Source: Candidatus Latescibacterota bacterium (GTDB lineage: Bacteria; Latescibacterota; UBA2968; GCA-2709665). From it: a stretch of 64,000 nt of DNA. The notes under the pieces were generated by a model. It was not told the origin of the DNA and did no database searches. It was given only the letters and a program-made list of their open reading frames with translations. Below are positions 50,285 through 61,750 of this stretch, in pieces. The stretch spans positions 33,670 through 97,669 of the forward strand of contig CAXXJS010000032.1 in the NCBI GenBank assembly GCA_963662665.2, given 5' to 3'. Position numbers and translations under genes: made by a program. Position 1 is the first letter of the stretch. Every line of letters begins with the position of its first letter.

Positions 50285-51968
50285 TCAGTTTCCGCCGGCC
50301 CTGATTTTCATCGTCGGGTCGTTGCTGATACCGTTTCTGCGCGGACGCTTACAGTCGGCCTATATGCTCCTGCTTCCGGTTGCCGGGTTCGTGCATATGC
50401 TCGGACTGGCCCCGGGAGAATACTGTCAGATCGGAATCTTTGGCTATACCCTTAACCTGGTCCGAATCGACAAGCTCAGCCTGGTCTTTGGCTATATCTT
50501 CCATATCGCCGCCTTTCTGGGCGTCATCTATGCCCTCCATCTGAAGGACAACACGCAGCACGTCGCAGGCCTGTTCTACGCGGGCGGCGCCATCGGCGCC
50601 CTGTTTGCCGGCGACCTGATTACCCTTTTCGTCTTTTGGGAACTCACCGCGATATCTTCGGTGTTTCTGATCTGGAGCCGCCGGACCGACCGCGCCTGTG
50701 CCGCAGGGATGCGCTACCTGATGGTCCAGGTCTGTTCGGGGATGATTCTGCTTGCCGGCATTCTGGTCCACCTGCGGGAGACGGGTTCGATCGCCTTTAC
50801 CGGGTTGGAGCTGAACAGTCTGGGAACAACCCTGATCTTTATCGCCTTCGGGATCAAGTGCGCCTTTCCGCTGCTCCACAACTGGCTCTCGGACGCCTAT
50901 CCCGAGGCAACAGTGACCGGAACCGTGTTCCTGAGCGCGTTTACAACCAAGCTGGCTGTCTATGCGCTTGCCCGGGGCTTTCCCGGTACGGAAATCCTGA
51001 TCCCGATTGGCGCCGCAATGACCGTGTTTCCCATGTTTTACGCGGTCATCGAGAATGACCTCAGGCGGGTGCTGACCTACAGCCTGAATATCCAGTTGGG
51101 ATTTATGGTGGTTGGCATCGGGATCGGAACGGAGATGTCTCTTAACGGAACGGCGGGGCACGCTTTCAACCATGTCCTGTACAAAGCCCTGTTATTTATG
51201 TCGATGGGCGCGGTAATGTACCGAACGGGCACGGCCAATGCATCGGAATTGGGCGGGTTGTACAAATCAATGCCTCTGACAACGGTGTTCTGTATCATTG
51301 GCGCGGCGTCGATTTCGGCGTTTCCGTTTTTCAACGGCTTTGTAAGTAAGTCGTTCATTCTCTGGGAGGTGGCCGACGGACACTACATCCTGACGTGGGT
51401 GGCGTTGTTGTTCGCTTCCGCCGGTGTGTTGCTCTATACGGGCATCAGGATTCCCTACCATGCCTTTTTCGGCGGCGATTCGGGATTCCGCTGCAGGGAG
51501 GCGCCATTGAATATGCTTGTTGCCATGGGCGCAACCGCCGTTCTGTGCGTCCTGATCGGCATCATCCCGAAACCGTTTTACGATATTCTGCCGTATGCCG
51601 TGAACTACGAACCCTATACGGTGGACCACGTGGTTACCCAGTACCAGCTGTTGTTCTTCTCAGCTCTGGCATTCCTGGTATTGAAGCGAACCGGAATTTA
51701 TCCGTCCGTACTCAGGTCCGTTAACCTGGACACCGACTGGGTGTATCGGCGTCTTCTGCCGGGTATCGTCCGGGTTGTCGCGCGGGAGGGCGGTACACTG
51801 GGCAACTCGATCCTGCGCGGCGGAAGGACGCTGGCCGCGGCAACCGTTTCCGGCTGCCGTCAATACCACGGTCCCCAGGGCATCCTCGCACAAACCTGGC
51901 TCACCGGTAGCGCCGTGTTGATCGTGACGATCTTCCTGGCCGTCATTCTGATCTATTGCTTCCTGTGA
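50277..51968 (+). CDS. MrpD/A-family antiporter subunit (copy 3)
   Basis: FVFWELTA, IKCAFPLLHNWL.DAYPEAT, NGFVSKS. Confidence 0.92.
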   Translation: MIDQFPPALIFIVGSLLIPFLRGRLQSAYMLLLPVAGFVHMLGLAPGEYCQIGIFGYTLNLVRIDKLSLVFGYIFHIAAFLGVIYALHLKDNTQHVAGLFYAGGAIGALFAGDLITLFVFWELTAISSVFLIWSRRTDRACAAGMRYLMVQVCSGMILLAGILVHLRETGSIAFTGLELNSLGTTLIFIAFGIKCAFPLLHNWLSDAYPEATVTGTVFLSAFTTKLAVYALARGFPGTEILIPIGAAMTVFPMFYAVIENDLRRVLTYSLNIQLGFMVVGIGIGTEMSLNGTAGHAFNHVLYKALLFMSMGAVMYRTGTANASELGGLYKSMPLTTVFCIIGAASISAFPFFNGFVSKSFILWEVADGHYILTWVALLFASAGVLLYTGIRIPYHAFFGGDSGFRCREAPLNMLVAMGATAVLCVLIGIIPKPFYDILPYAVNYEPYTVDHVVTQYQLLFFSALAFLVLKRTGIYPSVLRSVNLDTDWVYRRLLPGIVRVVAREGGTLGNSILRGGRTLAAATVSGCRQYHGPQGILAQTWLTGSAVLIVTIFLAVILIYCFL

Positions 51969-52088
51969 GCGGGAGAAGGTAGTAACAAACAACAACCATA
52001 AAAACAGTTAGATAAAATATCTTTTTTACGGTGAGGAATTGCAGACTCCCGCAATTTCCCGCCCGCGCGGCAATATCGAACTTTAGGC

Positions 52089-52117
52089 TTGACTTTTTTA
52101 TCGCATCCCTGTTAATT
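52089..52117 (+). promoter_or_regulatory. Putative internal promoter upstream of nuoN-atp
   Basis: TTGACT followed 16-17 nt later by GTTAATTAAT in a 184-bp AT-rich spacer; weak -10. Confidence 0.45.
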
Positions 52118-52152
52118 AATGCGGCTAATAATTATCACCGAGGACCTCTGCG

Positions 52153-53601
52153 TTGCCTGATCTGAACTGGATTGTTCTCGTTCCCTCCCTGATTGTCGCG
52201 GCGAGTGCGTTGTTGATCCTGTGCATCGACATCGTCAAGCCCGAGAATCGAGGTGTCGGAGCGGCGTACGCGGCCATTATCGGAACGAGCCTGGCGGCGG
52301 TCGCATGCGCGGGTCTCTGGGGACGGTCCGAGCAGGCCTTTGGCGGAATGCTCGCGCTGGACAACTTCGCGCTCTTTTCCAACGTCATATTTGCGGTTGG
52401 CACCGGGCTGACCATATTTGTTTCCACAGGATATCTGAAGCGGGAACACAGCAGCCGCAGCGAGTACTATCTGCTGCTGCTCACGGCCACGCTGGGCATG
52501 ATGCTCATGGCGGCCGGGACGGACCTGATCGTGATCTTCCTGGGTCTGGAACTGATGTCTCTGTCGCTCTATATCCTGGTCGGATTCATCACGTCGCGCT
52601 CGGCCTCCAACGAGGCCTCGCTGAAATATCTGTTGCTGGGGGCCTTTGCAACCGGGTTTCTTCTCTACGGGATCGCCCTCATATACGGGTCCACCGGATC
52701 CACTAACCTGCAACAGGTCGGGGCGATGCTCTCCCGCCGGGCGGATAGCGGCAGCCTGATGTTGTACGCCGGGATGGTGTTGCTGGTTGTGGGCTTTGCA
52801 TTCAAGGTGGCGGCGGTTCCTTTTCACATGTGGGCCCCCGACGTCTACGAAGGGGCGCCCGCGGCGGTTACCGCGTTTCTCTCGGCGGGCCCCAAGGCGG
52901 CCGCCTTCGTGGCGTTTTTGCGCGTGCTGATGGTATCTCTTGAGTCGCTGAAGGCGGAGTGGACGGCGGTGCTCTGGGTTCTGGCCGTGTTGACAATGAC
53001 CGTCGGCAACCTGAGCGCCCTTGGGCAGCGGAGCCTTAAACGGATGCTGGCCTATTCCAGCGTCGCCCATGCCGGTTACGTATTGGTTGCGCTCACCGCT
53101 GCCAGCGGGAAGGGCATTTCCGCGGCATTGTTTTATCTGTTTGCGTATACGTTTATGAATATCGGCGCCTTTGCGGTCCTGATTCTGGTCGCGCGGAAGG
53201 GCGAGGAGAACCTGGATATATCGGATTACGCTGGGCTGGGGTTCAAACATCCGGTTCTCGGACTGACCATGACGCTGTTTATGCTCTCGCTGGCGGGGCT
53301 GCCGCCCACTGCCGGATTCTTCGGAAAGTTCTACATATTCCGGGCTGCCATAGACGCGGGTCTGGTTTCACTCACTATTATCGGCGTGCTCAACAGCCTT
53401 GTCTCGGTCTATTTCTATCTCGGTATCGTCGTAAGTATGTATATGAGACAACCAGCGGATGACGAGCCCATTGTGACGTTTCCCGTTCTCGCACGTACCG
53501 CGCTGTTGGTGACGTCCGCGGCAACACTTTATATAGGCCTCGCTCCGTCGCGATTTCTCGAGTTGGCCAGACAGACGGTGGGCAATCTGATTGGGAGTTA
53601 A
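52153..53601 (+). CDS. nuoN: NADH-quinone oxidoreductase subunit N
   Basis: GLELMSL, SNEASLKY.LLG, FKVAAVPFHMWAPDVYEGAP, GLPPTAGFFGK. Confidence 0.96.
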   Translation: MPDLNWIVLVPSLIVAASALLILCIDIVKPENRGVGAAYAAIIGTSLAAVACAGLWGRSEQAFGGMLALDNFALFSNVIFAVGTGLTIFVSTGYLKREHSSRSEYYLLLLTATLGMMLMAAGTDLIVIFLGLELMSLSLYILVGFITSRSASNEASLKYLLLGAFATGFLLYGIALIYGSTGSTNLQQVGAMLSRRADSGSLMLYAGMVLLVVGFAFKVAAVPFHMWAPDVYEGAPAAVTAFLSAGPKAAAFVAFLRVLMVSLESLKAEWTAVLWVLAVLTMTVGNLSALGQRSLKRMLAYSSVAHAGYVLVALTAASGKGISAALFYLFAYTFMNIGAFAVLILVARKGEENLDISDYAGLGFKHPVLGLTMTLFMLSLAGLPPTAGFFGKFYIFRAAIDAGLVSLTIIGVLNSLVSVYFYLGIVVSMYMRQPADDEPIVTFPVLARTALLVTSAATLYIGLAPSRFLELARQTVGNLIGS

Positions 53602-53677
53602 GCATCCGTGTGGCCGGCAACGTGCGGGAAACCCCTGGCGCAAACGCCCTTCCGCCCTTAACCCGTCAGGTTAATCT

Positions 53678-53929
53678 ATGGCGGAAGAAAAAAAACAATC
53701 GGGTCAGGCCGCGGCCTATCGGAAAGCCGGTCCCTATTTAAACCTCGGTATTGAGTTTGCGGCATCTTTCTTACTCTGTTTTTTTGGGGGACGGTGGCTG
53801 GACGGAAAACTTGGAACGGCCCCGTACCTGATGTTGGGAGGGTTGTTTCTGGGCGCCGCCATCGGCATTCTGAATCTTTACAGAACGGCGATTCGACTCC
53901 AGGAACGCGAAAAGCAGAACGACCGATAG
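53678..53929 (+). CDS. atpZ: AtpZ/AtpI-family small membrane protein
   Basis: G.WLD.K.GT.P motif; first gene of the atp operon. Confidence 0.85.
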   Translation: MAEEKKQSGQAAAYRKAGPYLNLGIEFAASFLLCFFGGRWLDGKLGTAPYLMLGGLFLGAAIGILNLYRTAIRLQEREKQNDR

Positions 53930-53945
53930 CGTCCGGAGGTGGAAC

Positions 53946-54335
53946 GTGGGAACGGAGTTCCTCCAATTTGGCAGACAGGTCGGGGCTGTCCTGATCGTGG
54001 CGGCAATTTTGGGCGGGTATCCGCTTTACGTCTATTGGGGTGTTGAAATGGTCTGGGCGGCGGCCATCGGGTGCGGCATAGGCACACTGAACGCACTGGT
54101 CGGGGGACTCTCGGCCATCTGGTCGCTCGACCGGCCACAGCCGGTTTTTCTGAAGACGTTGCTGGGTGGAATGGTCGTTCGGATGCTGGTCGTCTGCGCC
54201 GCTCTGGTCCTGTTGGTCAAATTTACAGCGCTCTCGGTTTACGGTCTGGTTTTCTCTCTCTTTGTGTCGTACCTGCTCTTTCAGATTCTGGAAATCCGAT
54301 TTTTCGTGAGGCGCGCCGGGGTTGGGCGGGCCTAG
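53946..54335 (+). CDS. atpI: ATP synthase protein I-like
   Basis: Four-TM protein with GMVVR; position before atpB. Confidence 0.75.
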   Translation: MGTEFLQFGRQVGAVLIVAAILGGYPLYVYWGVEMVWAAAIGCGIGTLNALVGGLSAIWSLDRPQPVFLKTLLGGMVVRMLVVCAALVLLVKFTALSVYGLVFSLFVSYLLFQILEIRFFVRRAGVGRA

Positions 54336-54490
54336 TGTCCTGTCCCTAAAATCCCTCACCATTCAACCGGCGATTCATCCCGTCTCGCTACGTTGCCCTC
54401 GCTCGCCGACCTTACGCAGGTCGGTGGCGCCTTGGGAGCCGGGCGACTCGGCGGTCGAATTCAGGCAACTTATTTTCGGGACAGAACACT
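54334..54490. mobile_element. MITE-like element (157 bp) between atpI and atpB
   Basis: TIRs AGTGTCCTGTCCCTAAAAT / ATTTTCGGGACAGAACACT, 17/19 match. Confidence 0.7.
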
Positions 54491-54510
54491 GAAAGAAGGG
54501 GTTTGATTCA

Positions 54511-55317
54511 ATGGCCTCAAAAGGCGCCGCAGAAGGCAAAAAAGACTACATCATGGAGCATTTGCTCGATTCATCGGATCTCCATTTGCCGTGGGTGCAT
54601 GAATATATCCCGCTGCCTCGTTTCGAGCTGTTCGGGATCGACCTTTCCATCACCCGGCACGTGGTCATGATGTGGGTTGCGGCGGCGTTTCTCCTGTGGA
54701 TCTTCGTTTCGACAACCCGGCGTCGCGGCCTGGTACCTTCCGGGCTTGCAAATCTGCTGGAGTCGGTCGTCGTGTTCATTCGGGATGAGATTGCCGTTCC
54801 CAACATCGGTTCAAGGGAAGCCGGGCGGTTTTTACCCTTTTTGTTTACCGCTTTTTTCTTCATTCTGACCTGCAATCTGTTGGGCCTGGTACCCTATGGC
54901 GCTACCGCCACCGGCAATGTGAGCGTAACCGCCGGGCTGGCAATCTGCGCTTTCTTGACCATTCAGATGGGCGGCATCCTTCACAACGGTTTTCTGGGTT
55001 ACGTCAAGGGTCTGGTGCCGCACGGACTGCCGCTGCCCATTACGCTTCTTATGATCCCAATTGAGCTCATCGGTCTGGTTGCCAAGCCGTTTGCGCTCTG
55101 TATCCGTCTCTTTGCCAATATGACAGCCGGGCACGTGATCATTCTGGCGTTGCTGGGGCTGATTTTCATGTTCAAGTCGTACGCAGTCGCACCCGTATCC
55201 GTGCTGTTCGCCCTGGCAATTTATCTGCTCGAAATCTTCGTGGCACTGGTGCAGGCGTACATCTTTACCATGTTATCCGCCGTCTTTATCGGGATGGCGG
55301 TGCATCAGGATCACTGA
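54511..55317 (+). CDS. atpB: F0 subunit a
   Basis: NLLGLVP, ATGN, KPFALCIRLFANMTAGH, QAYIFT. Confidence 0.97.
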   Translation: MASKGAAEGKKDYIMEHLLDSSDLHLPWVHEYIPLPRFELFGIDLSITRHVVMMWVAAAFLLWIFVSTTRRRGLVPSGLANLLESVVVFIRDEIAVPNIGSREAGRFLPFLFTAFFFILTCNLLGLVPYGATATGNVSVTAGLAICAFLTIQMGGILHNGFLGYVKGLVPHGLPLPITLLMIPIELIGLVAKPFALCIRLFANMTAGHVIILALLGLIFMFKSYAVAPVSVLFALAIYLLEIFVALVQAYIFTMLSAVFIGMAVHQDH

Positions 55318-55381
55318 TCGCGAAATTTCGTTGTCATCGCTTCATAATGAACCTTTAACTTCCTAGCGGAGGAGGTGTGTT

Positions 55382-55633
55382 GTGGCAGACGTGGCATCCG
55401 TGGCGGCTGAAGCATACGGTTATCTGTCCGCCGGCATTGGCGCGGGGCTGGTAACGATTGGCGCCGGAATTGGAATCGGGCGTTTGGCCGGTATGGCCGT
55501 AGAGGGCACCGCGCGGCAGCCCGAAGCGGCCGGCGATATCCGGACCTCTATGATCATTACCGCGGCATTTATAGAGGGCGTGGCCCTTTTCGGGCAGGTG
55601 GTCTGCTTTCTTCTGGCAACAAAAGGCGGCTGA
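55382..55633 (+). CDS. atpE: F0 subunit c (H+-type motif)
   Basis: GAGIGIG, ARQPE, FIEGVALF; lacks the Q..E(S/T) Na+ signature. Confidence 0.96.
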   Translation: MADVASVAAEAYGYLSAGIGAGLVTIGAGIGIGRLAGMAVEGTARQPEAAGDIRTSMIITAAFIEGVALFGQVVCFLLATKGG

Positions 55634-55674
55634 GAAAGCATACCGTTGGAGACGTCTAAACCAGAGGGACGGGT

Positions 55675-56172
55675 ATGTTGCTGAATGTCAATGAAGGTTT
55701 GATAATCTGGACAATTGTAACCTTCATTTTACTGCTGCTTGTACTCAAGGCGGTTGCCTGGAAACCGCTGTTGGCCATGCTGGACGAACGCGAAGGGCGC
55801 ATTCGGGATTCTTTGAACCAGGCCGAGAAAGCCCGGCAGGAAGCCCAGAATGCGGCCGAGGAAAACCGTCGTGCAATGGAGAATGCCCAGGCCGAGGCCC
55901 GGCAGGCAATTGCGGCAGGCCGGGAGGCGGCCGAGCGAGCGGCGGAGGAAGTCCGTGGGCGAGCGGCCGACGAATCACGGCAAATGCTGCAGCAGGCACG
56001 GCAAACAATCCGGCAGGAGAAGGAGCAGGCGATCCAGGAGTTGAGAACCCACGCTGCGAGTCTGGCCATCGAAGCAGCCGGCAAGGTGTTGGACGAAAAT
56101 CTGGACAACGCCAGAAACCGGAAGCTGGTCGACGAATTTATCGACAGCATTCCGGATACGAACCAGAACTGA
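55675..56172 (+). CDS. atpF: F0 subunit b
   Basis: N-terminal TM, AWKPLL..LDERE, coiled coil. Confidence 0.95.
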   Translation: MLLNVNEGLIIWTIVTFILLLLVLKAVAWKPLLAMLDEREGRIRDSLNQAEKARQEAQNAAEENRRAMENAQAEARQAIAAGREAAERAAEEVRGRAADESRQMLQQARQTIRQEKEQAIQELRTHAASLAIEAAGKVLDENLDNARNRKLVDEFIDSIPDTNQN

Positions 56173-56187
56173 TTTCCGGAGCAGAGA

Positions 56188-56733
56188 TTGAACGAAACCC
56201 CCGTTGCAATGCGATATGCAAGCGCGCTCATCCAGGCGGCCGAAGAGCGGGACGCGCTGGAAAGAGTGCGCGAAGACCTGGAGGGCCTGCGGGACCTGAT
56301 CCGGGAATCGGAAGACCTGCGGGCTTTTCTTGGCGACCCCCTGATCTATCCGGAACAGAAGCGGACGGCCGTCCGGAGTCTTTTTTCGGGCCGGATCGGC
56401 GATCTCACGCTGAATTTCCTGCTGCTGTTGTGCGACAAACGGCGCGAGCGGGGGCTCGACGGTATCATTCGGGCGTTTCTGGCGCTACTCGACGACCGCC
56501 GTGGCCTCATCACCGCACACGTGCGTTCGGCCCGTGAACTCTCGCAGGAACAGCGCACGCGGCTTGCACAGCGGCTGTCAGCCTGGTCGGGGAAGCAGGT
56601 CCGGCTGGACGTCGAAGTCGACGAGGGACTCAGAGCGGGCTTTGTGACCAGGATGGGCGACCACGTGTTCGACGCAACCCTCGAAGCGCAATTGAACCGC
56701 ATGCGCCAGAGGCTGGTTTCGGGTTTATCATAA
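56188..56733 (+). CDS. atpH: F1 subunit delta
   Basis: VAMRYASAL, NFL.LL..KRR, VD..L.AG...GD..FDA. Confidence 0.93.
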   Translation: MNETPVAMRYASALIQAAEERDALERVREDLEGLRDLIRESEDLRAFLGDPLIYPEQKRTAVRSLFSGRIGDLTLNFLLLLCDKRRERGLDGIIRAFLALLDDRRGLITAHVRSARELSQEQRTRLAQRLSAWSGKQVRLDVEVDEGLRAGFVTRMGDHVFDATLEAQLNRMRQRLVSGLS

Positions 56734-56734
56734 G

Positions 56735-56831
56735 CAGTCCGTTGAGAAAGTTGCTCTGCAGGCGAGGCAGGCCGCCTGCCTGCGTGTGTACGCACACGCA
56801 GACAGACCGGATGGACTTTTCCAACGGGCTG
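56735..56831. mobile_element. Short MITE-like copy with a nested palindrome
   Basis: CAGTCCGTTGAGAAAGTT / GACTTTTCCAACGGGCTG ends as at 32910-33121; interior contains the CTGCGTGTGTACGCACACGCAG hairpin. Confidence 0.75.
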
Positions 56832-56852
56832 ACAACCGAGGTGTAGACACTT

Positions 56853-58373
56853 ATGGCGATGAACTTGCAGATTCGCCCCGATGAAGTCTCCGATATCCTC
56901 AAGCAGCAGATTCTGGAGGCCGAACGGGATATTGACGTTTACGAAACCGGGACCGTGCTGCAGGTGGGCGACGGCGTGGCCCGCGTTCACGGGCTGGGCA
57001 ACGCGCAGGCAAGCGAGCTGGTGGCGTTCCCAAATGACATCATGGGCATGGCGTTCAACCTGGAAGAGGACAACGTCGGGTGCGTCCTCTTCGGGGACGA
57101 CACGGCGATAAAGGAAGGCGACCAGGTCAGGCGGACCGGACGCGTCGTGGAGGTGCCCGTGGGAGACGAATTGCTGGGCCGGGTGGTAACGCCGCTCGGC
57201 GAGCCGCTGGACGGAAAGGGACCGGTTGGCGCCTCGCAGACGTTGCCCGTGGAACGGATCGCGCCCGGGGTGATCCAGCGACAGCCGGTAGAACAGGCGC
57301 TGCAGACGGGAATCAAGGTGGTGGATGCCGCAACGCCGATCGGGCGCGGTCAGCGCGAGTTGATTATCGGCGACCGGCAGACCGGAAAGACGGCCATCGG
57401 ACTGGATGCAATCATCAATCAGAAGGACAGCGGCGTCAAATGTATCTACGTGGGCATCGGCCAGAAGGCGTCTTCGGTGGCGAAGGTCGTTGCCGAACTC
57501 GAGGCAAACGGCGCCCTCGCGTATACAATCGTGGTATCGGCCACGGCCAGCGATCCGGCGCCGCTTCAGTTCCTCGCCCCGTATGCCGGATGTTCGATGG
57601 GCGAGTACTTCCGCGACAAGGGCGAACACGCACTGATCGTGTACGACGATCTCTCCAAGCAGGCGTGGGCATACCGGGAAATGGCCCTGGTCCTGCGCCG
57701 GCCGCCGGGGCGGGAAGCCTATCCCGGCGACGTGTTCTATCTGCACTCGCGTCTTCTGGAACGCGCCTGCAAGTTGAGCGACGAGGAGGGTGCGGGCTCT
57801 CTCACGGCATTGCCCATCATCGAGATCCTGGAGGGGGACGTATCCACGTTCGTGCCCACGAACGTGATCTCGATCACAGACGGCCAGATTCTGCTGAAGC
57901 CGGAGTTGTTCTATTCCGGCATCCGGCCGGCAATGGATGTGGGCGCTTCCGTTTCCAGGGTCAGTTCGGCCAAAACCCGGGCAATGAGAGCGGTTTCCGG
58001 CACCTTGAGCGGCGATATCGCGCGATACAACGAGGTCCAGGCCTTTGCGCAATTCGGGGCATCGGACCTGGACACGGCGACACGCAATCTGCTGAACCGC
58101 GGCGAGAAACTGATCGAGATTCTCAAACAGGACCAGTACGCACCAATGTCGCTCGGGGAGCAGGTGGTGTCTCTTATCGTCGGTGCGAGCATCGATGAAC
58201 TGCCCACCGAGGACGTCAGACGATTTGAAGCCGAGGTGCTTGCCTATATGCGCGACCACCATCAGGACGTCGTGGACGAAATCACGAGCAGCGAAGAACT
58301 GAGCGACGACGCGCGGGGCGTCATCGACGCCGCCATTGAGACTGTGAAGCGCGGCTTTCAGGTATCGGCGTAG
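56853..58373 (+). CDS. atpA: F1 subunit alpha
   Basis: [30 protein letters not shown]. Confidence 0.98.
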   Translation: MAMNLQIRPDEVSDILKQQILEAERDIDVYETGTVLQVGDGVARVHGLGNAQASELVAFPNDIMGMAFNLEEDNVGCVLFGDDTAIKEGDQVRRTGRVVEVPVGDELLGRVVTPLGEPLDGKGPVGASQTLPVERIAPGVIQRQPVEQALQTGIKVVDAATPIGRGQRELIIGDRQTGKTAIGLDAIINQKDSGVKCIYVGIGQKASSVAKVVAELEANGALAYTIVVSATASDPAPLQFLAPYAGCSMGEYFRDKGEHALIVYDDLSKQAWAYREMALVLRRPPGREAYPGDVFYLHSRLLERACKLSDEEGAGSLTALPIIEILEGDVSTFVPTNVISITDGQILLKPELFYSGIRPAMDVGASVSRVSSAKTRAMRAVSGTLSGDIARYNEVQAFAQFGASDLDTATRNLLNRGEKLIEILKQDQYAPMSLGEQVVSLIVGASIDELPTEDVRRFEAEVLAYMRDHHQDVVDEITSSEELSDDARGVIDAAIETVKRGFQVSA

Positions 58374-58393
58374 GGAGCATGGGGGAGTAGCCG

Positions 58394-59245
58394 GTGGCAA
58401 CATTGCGTCAGCTCAGAAACCGGGTGACCGGGGTCGGCAATATCCAGAAGGTGACCCACGCCATGCAACTCGTGGCCGCGGCCAGGGTACGCAAAGCCCA
58501 GGACGCCATTTTGGCTGCCCGGCCCTATGCCGAACAACTGGACCGTATTCTTCAACGCCTTACTGCCAGCATCGACGCCGATCGGCATCCTCTGTTTCGA
58601 AAGGGAGAATCCGGCCGAATCGCGGTTGCCGTGGTCACGGCGGACCGCGGTCTGTGTGGTGGCTTTAATGCCGGAATCTGCCGGAAAGTACTTTCAGAAC
58701 TGGATGAACAGGGAGAAGTCGAACTGGTCGCCATCGGCAGGAAGGGGCGCGATTTCTTTCGTCAACGCGAGTACACGATCAGCCGGGAATACCTGGATGT
58801 GTTTGGCGATCTGCATCTCGGACAGGCCGTCGACATCGCTCGGGATCTGACGGGTCGATTCATGTCCGGCGACGTGGACCAGGTGTGGATTGCCAACAAC
58901 GAGTTCATCTCCCTGGGCCGGCAGGAGCCCGTGATCAACCAACTCTTGCCGATCGTTCCCCAGGATGCCGACGAAGAGTCCCCTGCCGAGGAGTATATTT
59001 TCGAGCCTGAACCCGGGCAGTTGCTGGATTCGCTGGTGCCCCGGCACGTGAATTTCCAGGTCTGGCGCGCTCTGCTGGAGTCCAATGCCGGAGAGCAGGC
59101 TGCGCGCATGGCGGCCATGGATAACGCGACCAGGAATGCCGGAGACCTGATTGAAGAGCTGACGCGTGAAATGAATAAAGTGCGCCAGTCTTCAATTACC
59201 CTGGAGTTGATGGATATCATCGGCGGCGCCGAAGCGGTGGCATAG
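58394..59245 (+). CDS. atpG: F1 subunit gamma
   Basis: DRGLCGGFN, RMAAMDNATRNA, NKVRQSSIT.EL. Confidence 0.97.
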   Translation: MATLRQLRNRVTGVGNIQKVTHAMQLVAAARVRKAQDAILAARPYAEQLDRILQRLTASIDADRHPLFRKGESGRIAVAVVTADRGLCGGFNAGICRKVLSELDEQGEVELVAIGRKGRDFFRQREYTISREYLDVFGDLHLGQAVDIARDLTGRFMSGDVDQVWIANNEFISLGRQEPVINQLLPIVPQDADEESPAEEYIFEPEPGQLLDSLVPRHVNFQVWRALLESNAGEQAARMAAMDNATRNAGDLIEELTREMNKVRQSSITLELMDIIGGAEAVA

Positions 59246-59254
59246 GCCATCTTA

Positions 59255-60835
<1,581 letters not shown>

Positions 60836-60860
60836 GGTTCGAATTAAGTGCGGGAACACG

Positions 60861-61265
60861 ATGCCGACGTTTCAGCTTGAGATTGTAACCCCGGAAAAGA
60901 CGGTTTATTCGGGCGACGTGGAGAGCGTGCGGGCGCCGGGAACCGAAGGCGGGTTCGGCGTGCTCGCGGGGCACCATCCCATGCTGGCCGCCCTGGCAAT
61001 CGGACAGATGGTCTTTTCCGAACAGGAGCAGGGTTCAAAGTCCGTGGCGATCAGCGGTGGGTTTGCGGAGGTCCGGCGCGATCGTGTCACGGTGCTGGCC
61101 GAAACCGCGGAATTCGTGCAGGAAATTGACGTGACGCGCGCGGAAGCCGCCAGAGACCGCGCGCGCGAAAGGCTAACGCGAATGCGGGAGCAGCAGGTCG
61201 ACGAGGCGCGGGCGCACCTGGCCCTTGCGCGGGCGATCAACCGGCTGCGGATCGGAGACCGATAG
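60861..61265 (+). CDS. atpC: F1 subunit epsilon
   Basis: LEIVTPE, GVLAGHHP, SGGFAEV, ALARAINRL. Confidence 0.96.
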   Translation: MPTFQLEIVTPEKTVYSGDVESVRAPGTEGGFGVLAGHHPMLAALAIGQMVFSEQEQGSKSVAISGGFAEVRRDRVTVLAETAEFVQEIDVTRAEAARDRARERLTRMREQQVDEARAHLALARAINRLRIGDR

Positions 61266-61367
61266 AACGATCCGGACATCGCGGCTCCGCCGGACAACAA
61301 TGGGATAGGCGCCGATACCGCGTGGGTGGGTTTCGAAATCCACCCGCTTTTTTTGGCCTTCAGCCTT

Positions 61368-61750
61368 TAGGCGGGCAACCACAAGGGTTGCCCCTACGAT
61401 CACGAGACACGACGGGGGAGACACTAAAGGTATCCCGTCAAACGTCTTACGTCTACTCCGGGAGCGAGGGCATCCTGCCCTCGATGCGCCTCTCACGGTT
61501 CCGTCTCTTCATTGCGCTGACGTCGAACGACTGGGTTTTTGCTTCAAGCTGATGGCTTTCAGGCGGGCAACCACAAGGGTTGCCCCTACGAATACGTGAC
61601 ACGACGGGCGAGACCCTAAAAGGGTCCTAACTTACGTCTACCGTGACTCACCTCTTCCCCGGGAGCGAGGGCATCCTGCCCTCGATGCGCCCCTCACGGT
61701 CCTGTCTCTTCATTGCGTTGACGTCGAACGATAGGGTTTTTGATTCAAGC
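61368..61750. repeat. Tandem duplication (about 190 bp x2) of a composite REP-like palindromic unit
   Basis: AGGCGGGCAACCACAAGGGTTGCCCCTACGA at 61368 and 61561; CGGGAGCGAGGGCATCCTGCCCTCGATGCGCC at 61458 and 61660. Confidence 0.85.

Noticed and set aside
47047-51968. Extra NuoL/M copies (2M-type complex I)
   Set aside because: Motifs and the E-F-G-B-C context fit MrpD-family genes, and NuoL shows no obvious helix extension
55382-55633. Na+-coupled ATP synthase suggested by the adjacent Mrp
   Set aside because: The c subunit lacks the Na+-binding signature
56346-58403. 685-aa - strand ORF
   Set aside because: Antisense to atpH/atpA; a common shadow ORF pattern
61368-61750. Possible CRISPR array
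   Set aside because: Only two copies, intervening sequences are themselves homologous, and no cas genes are present
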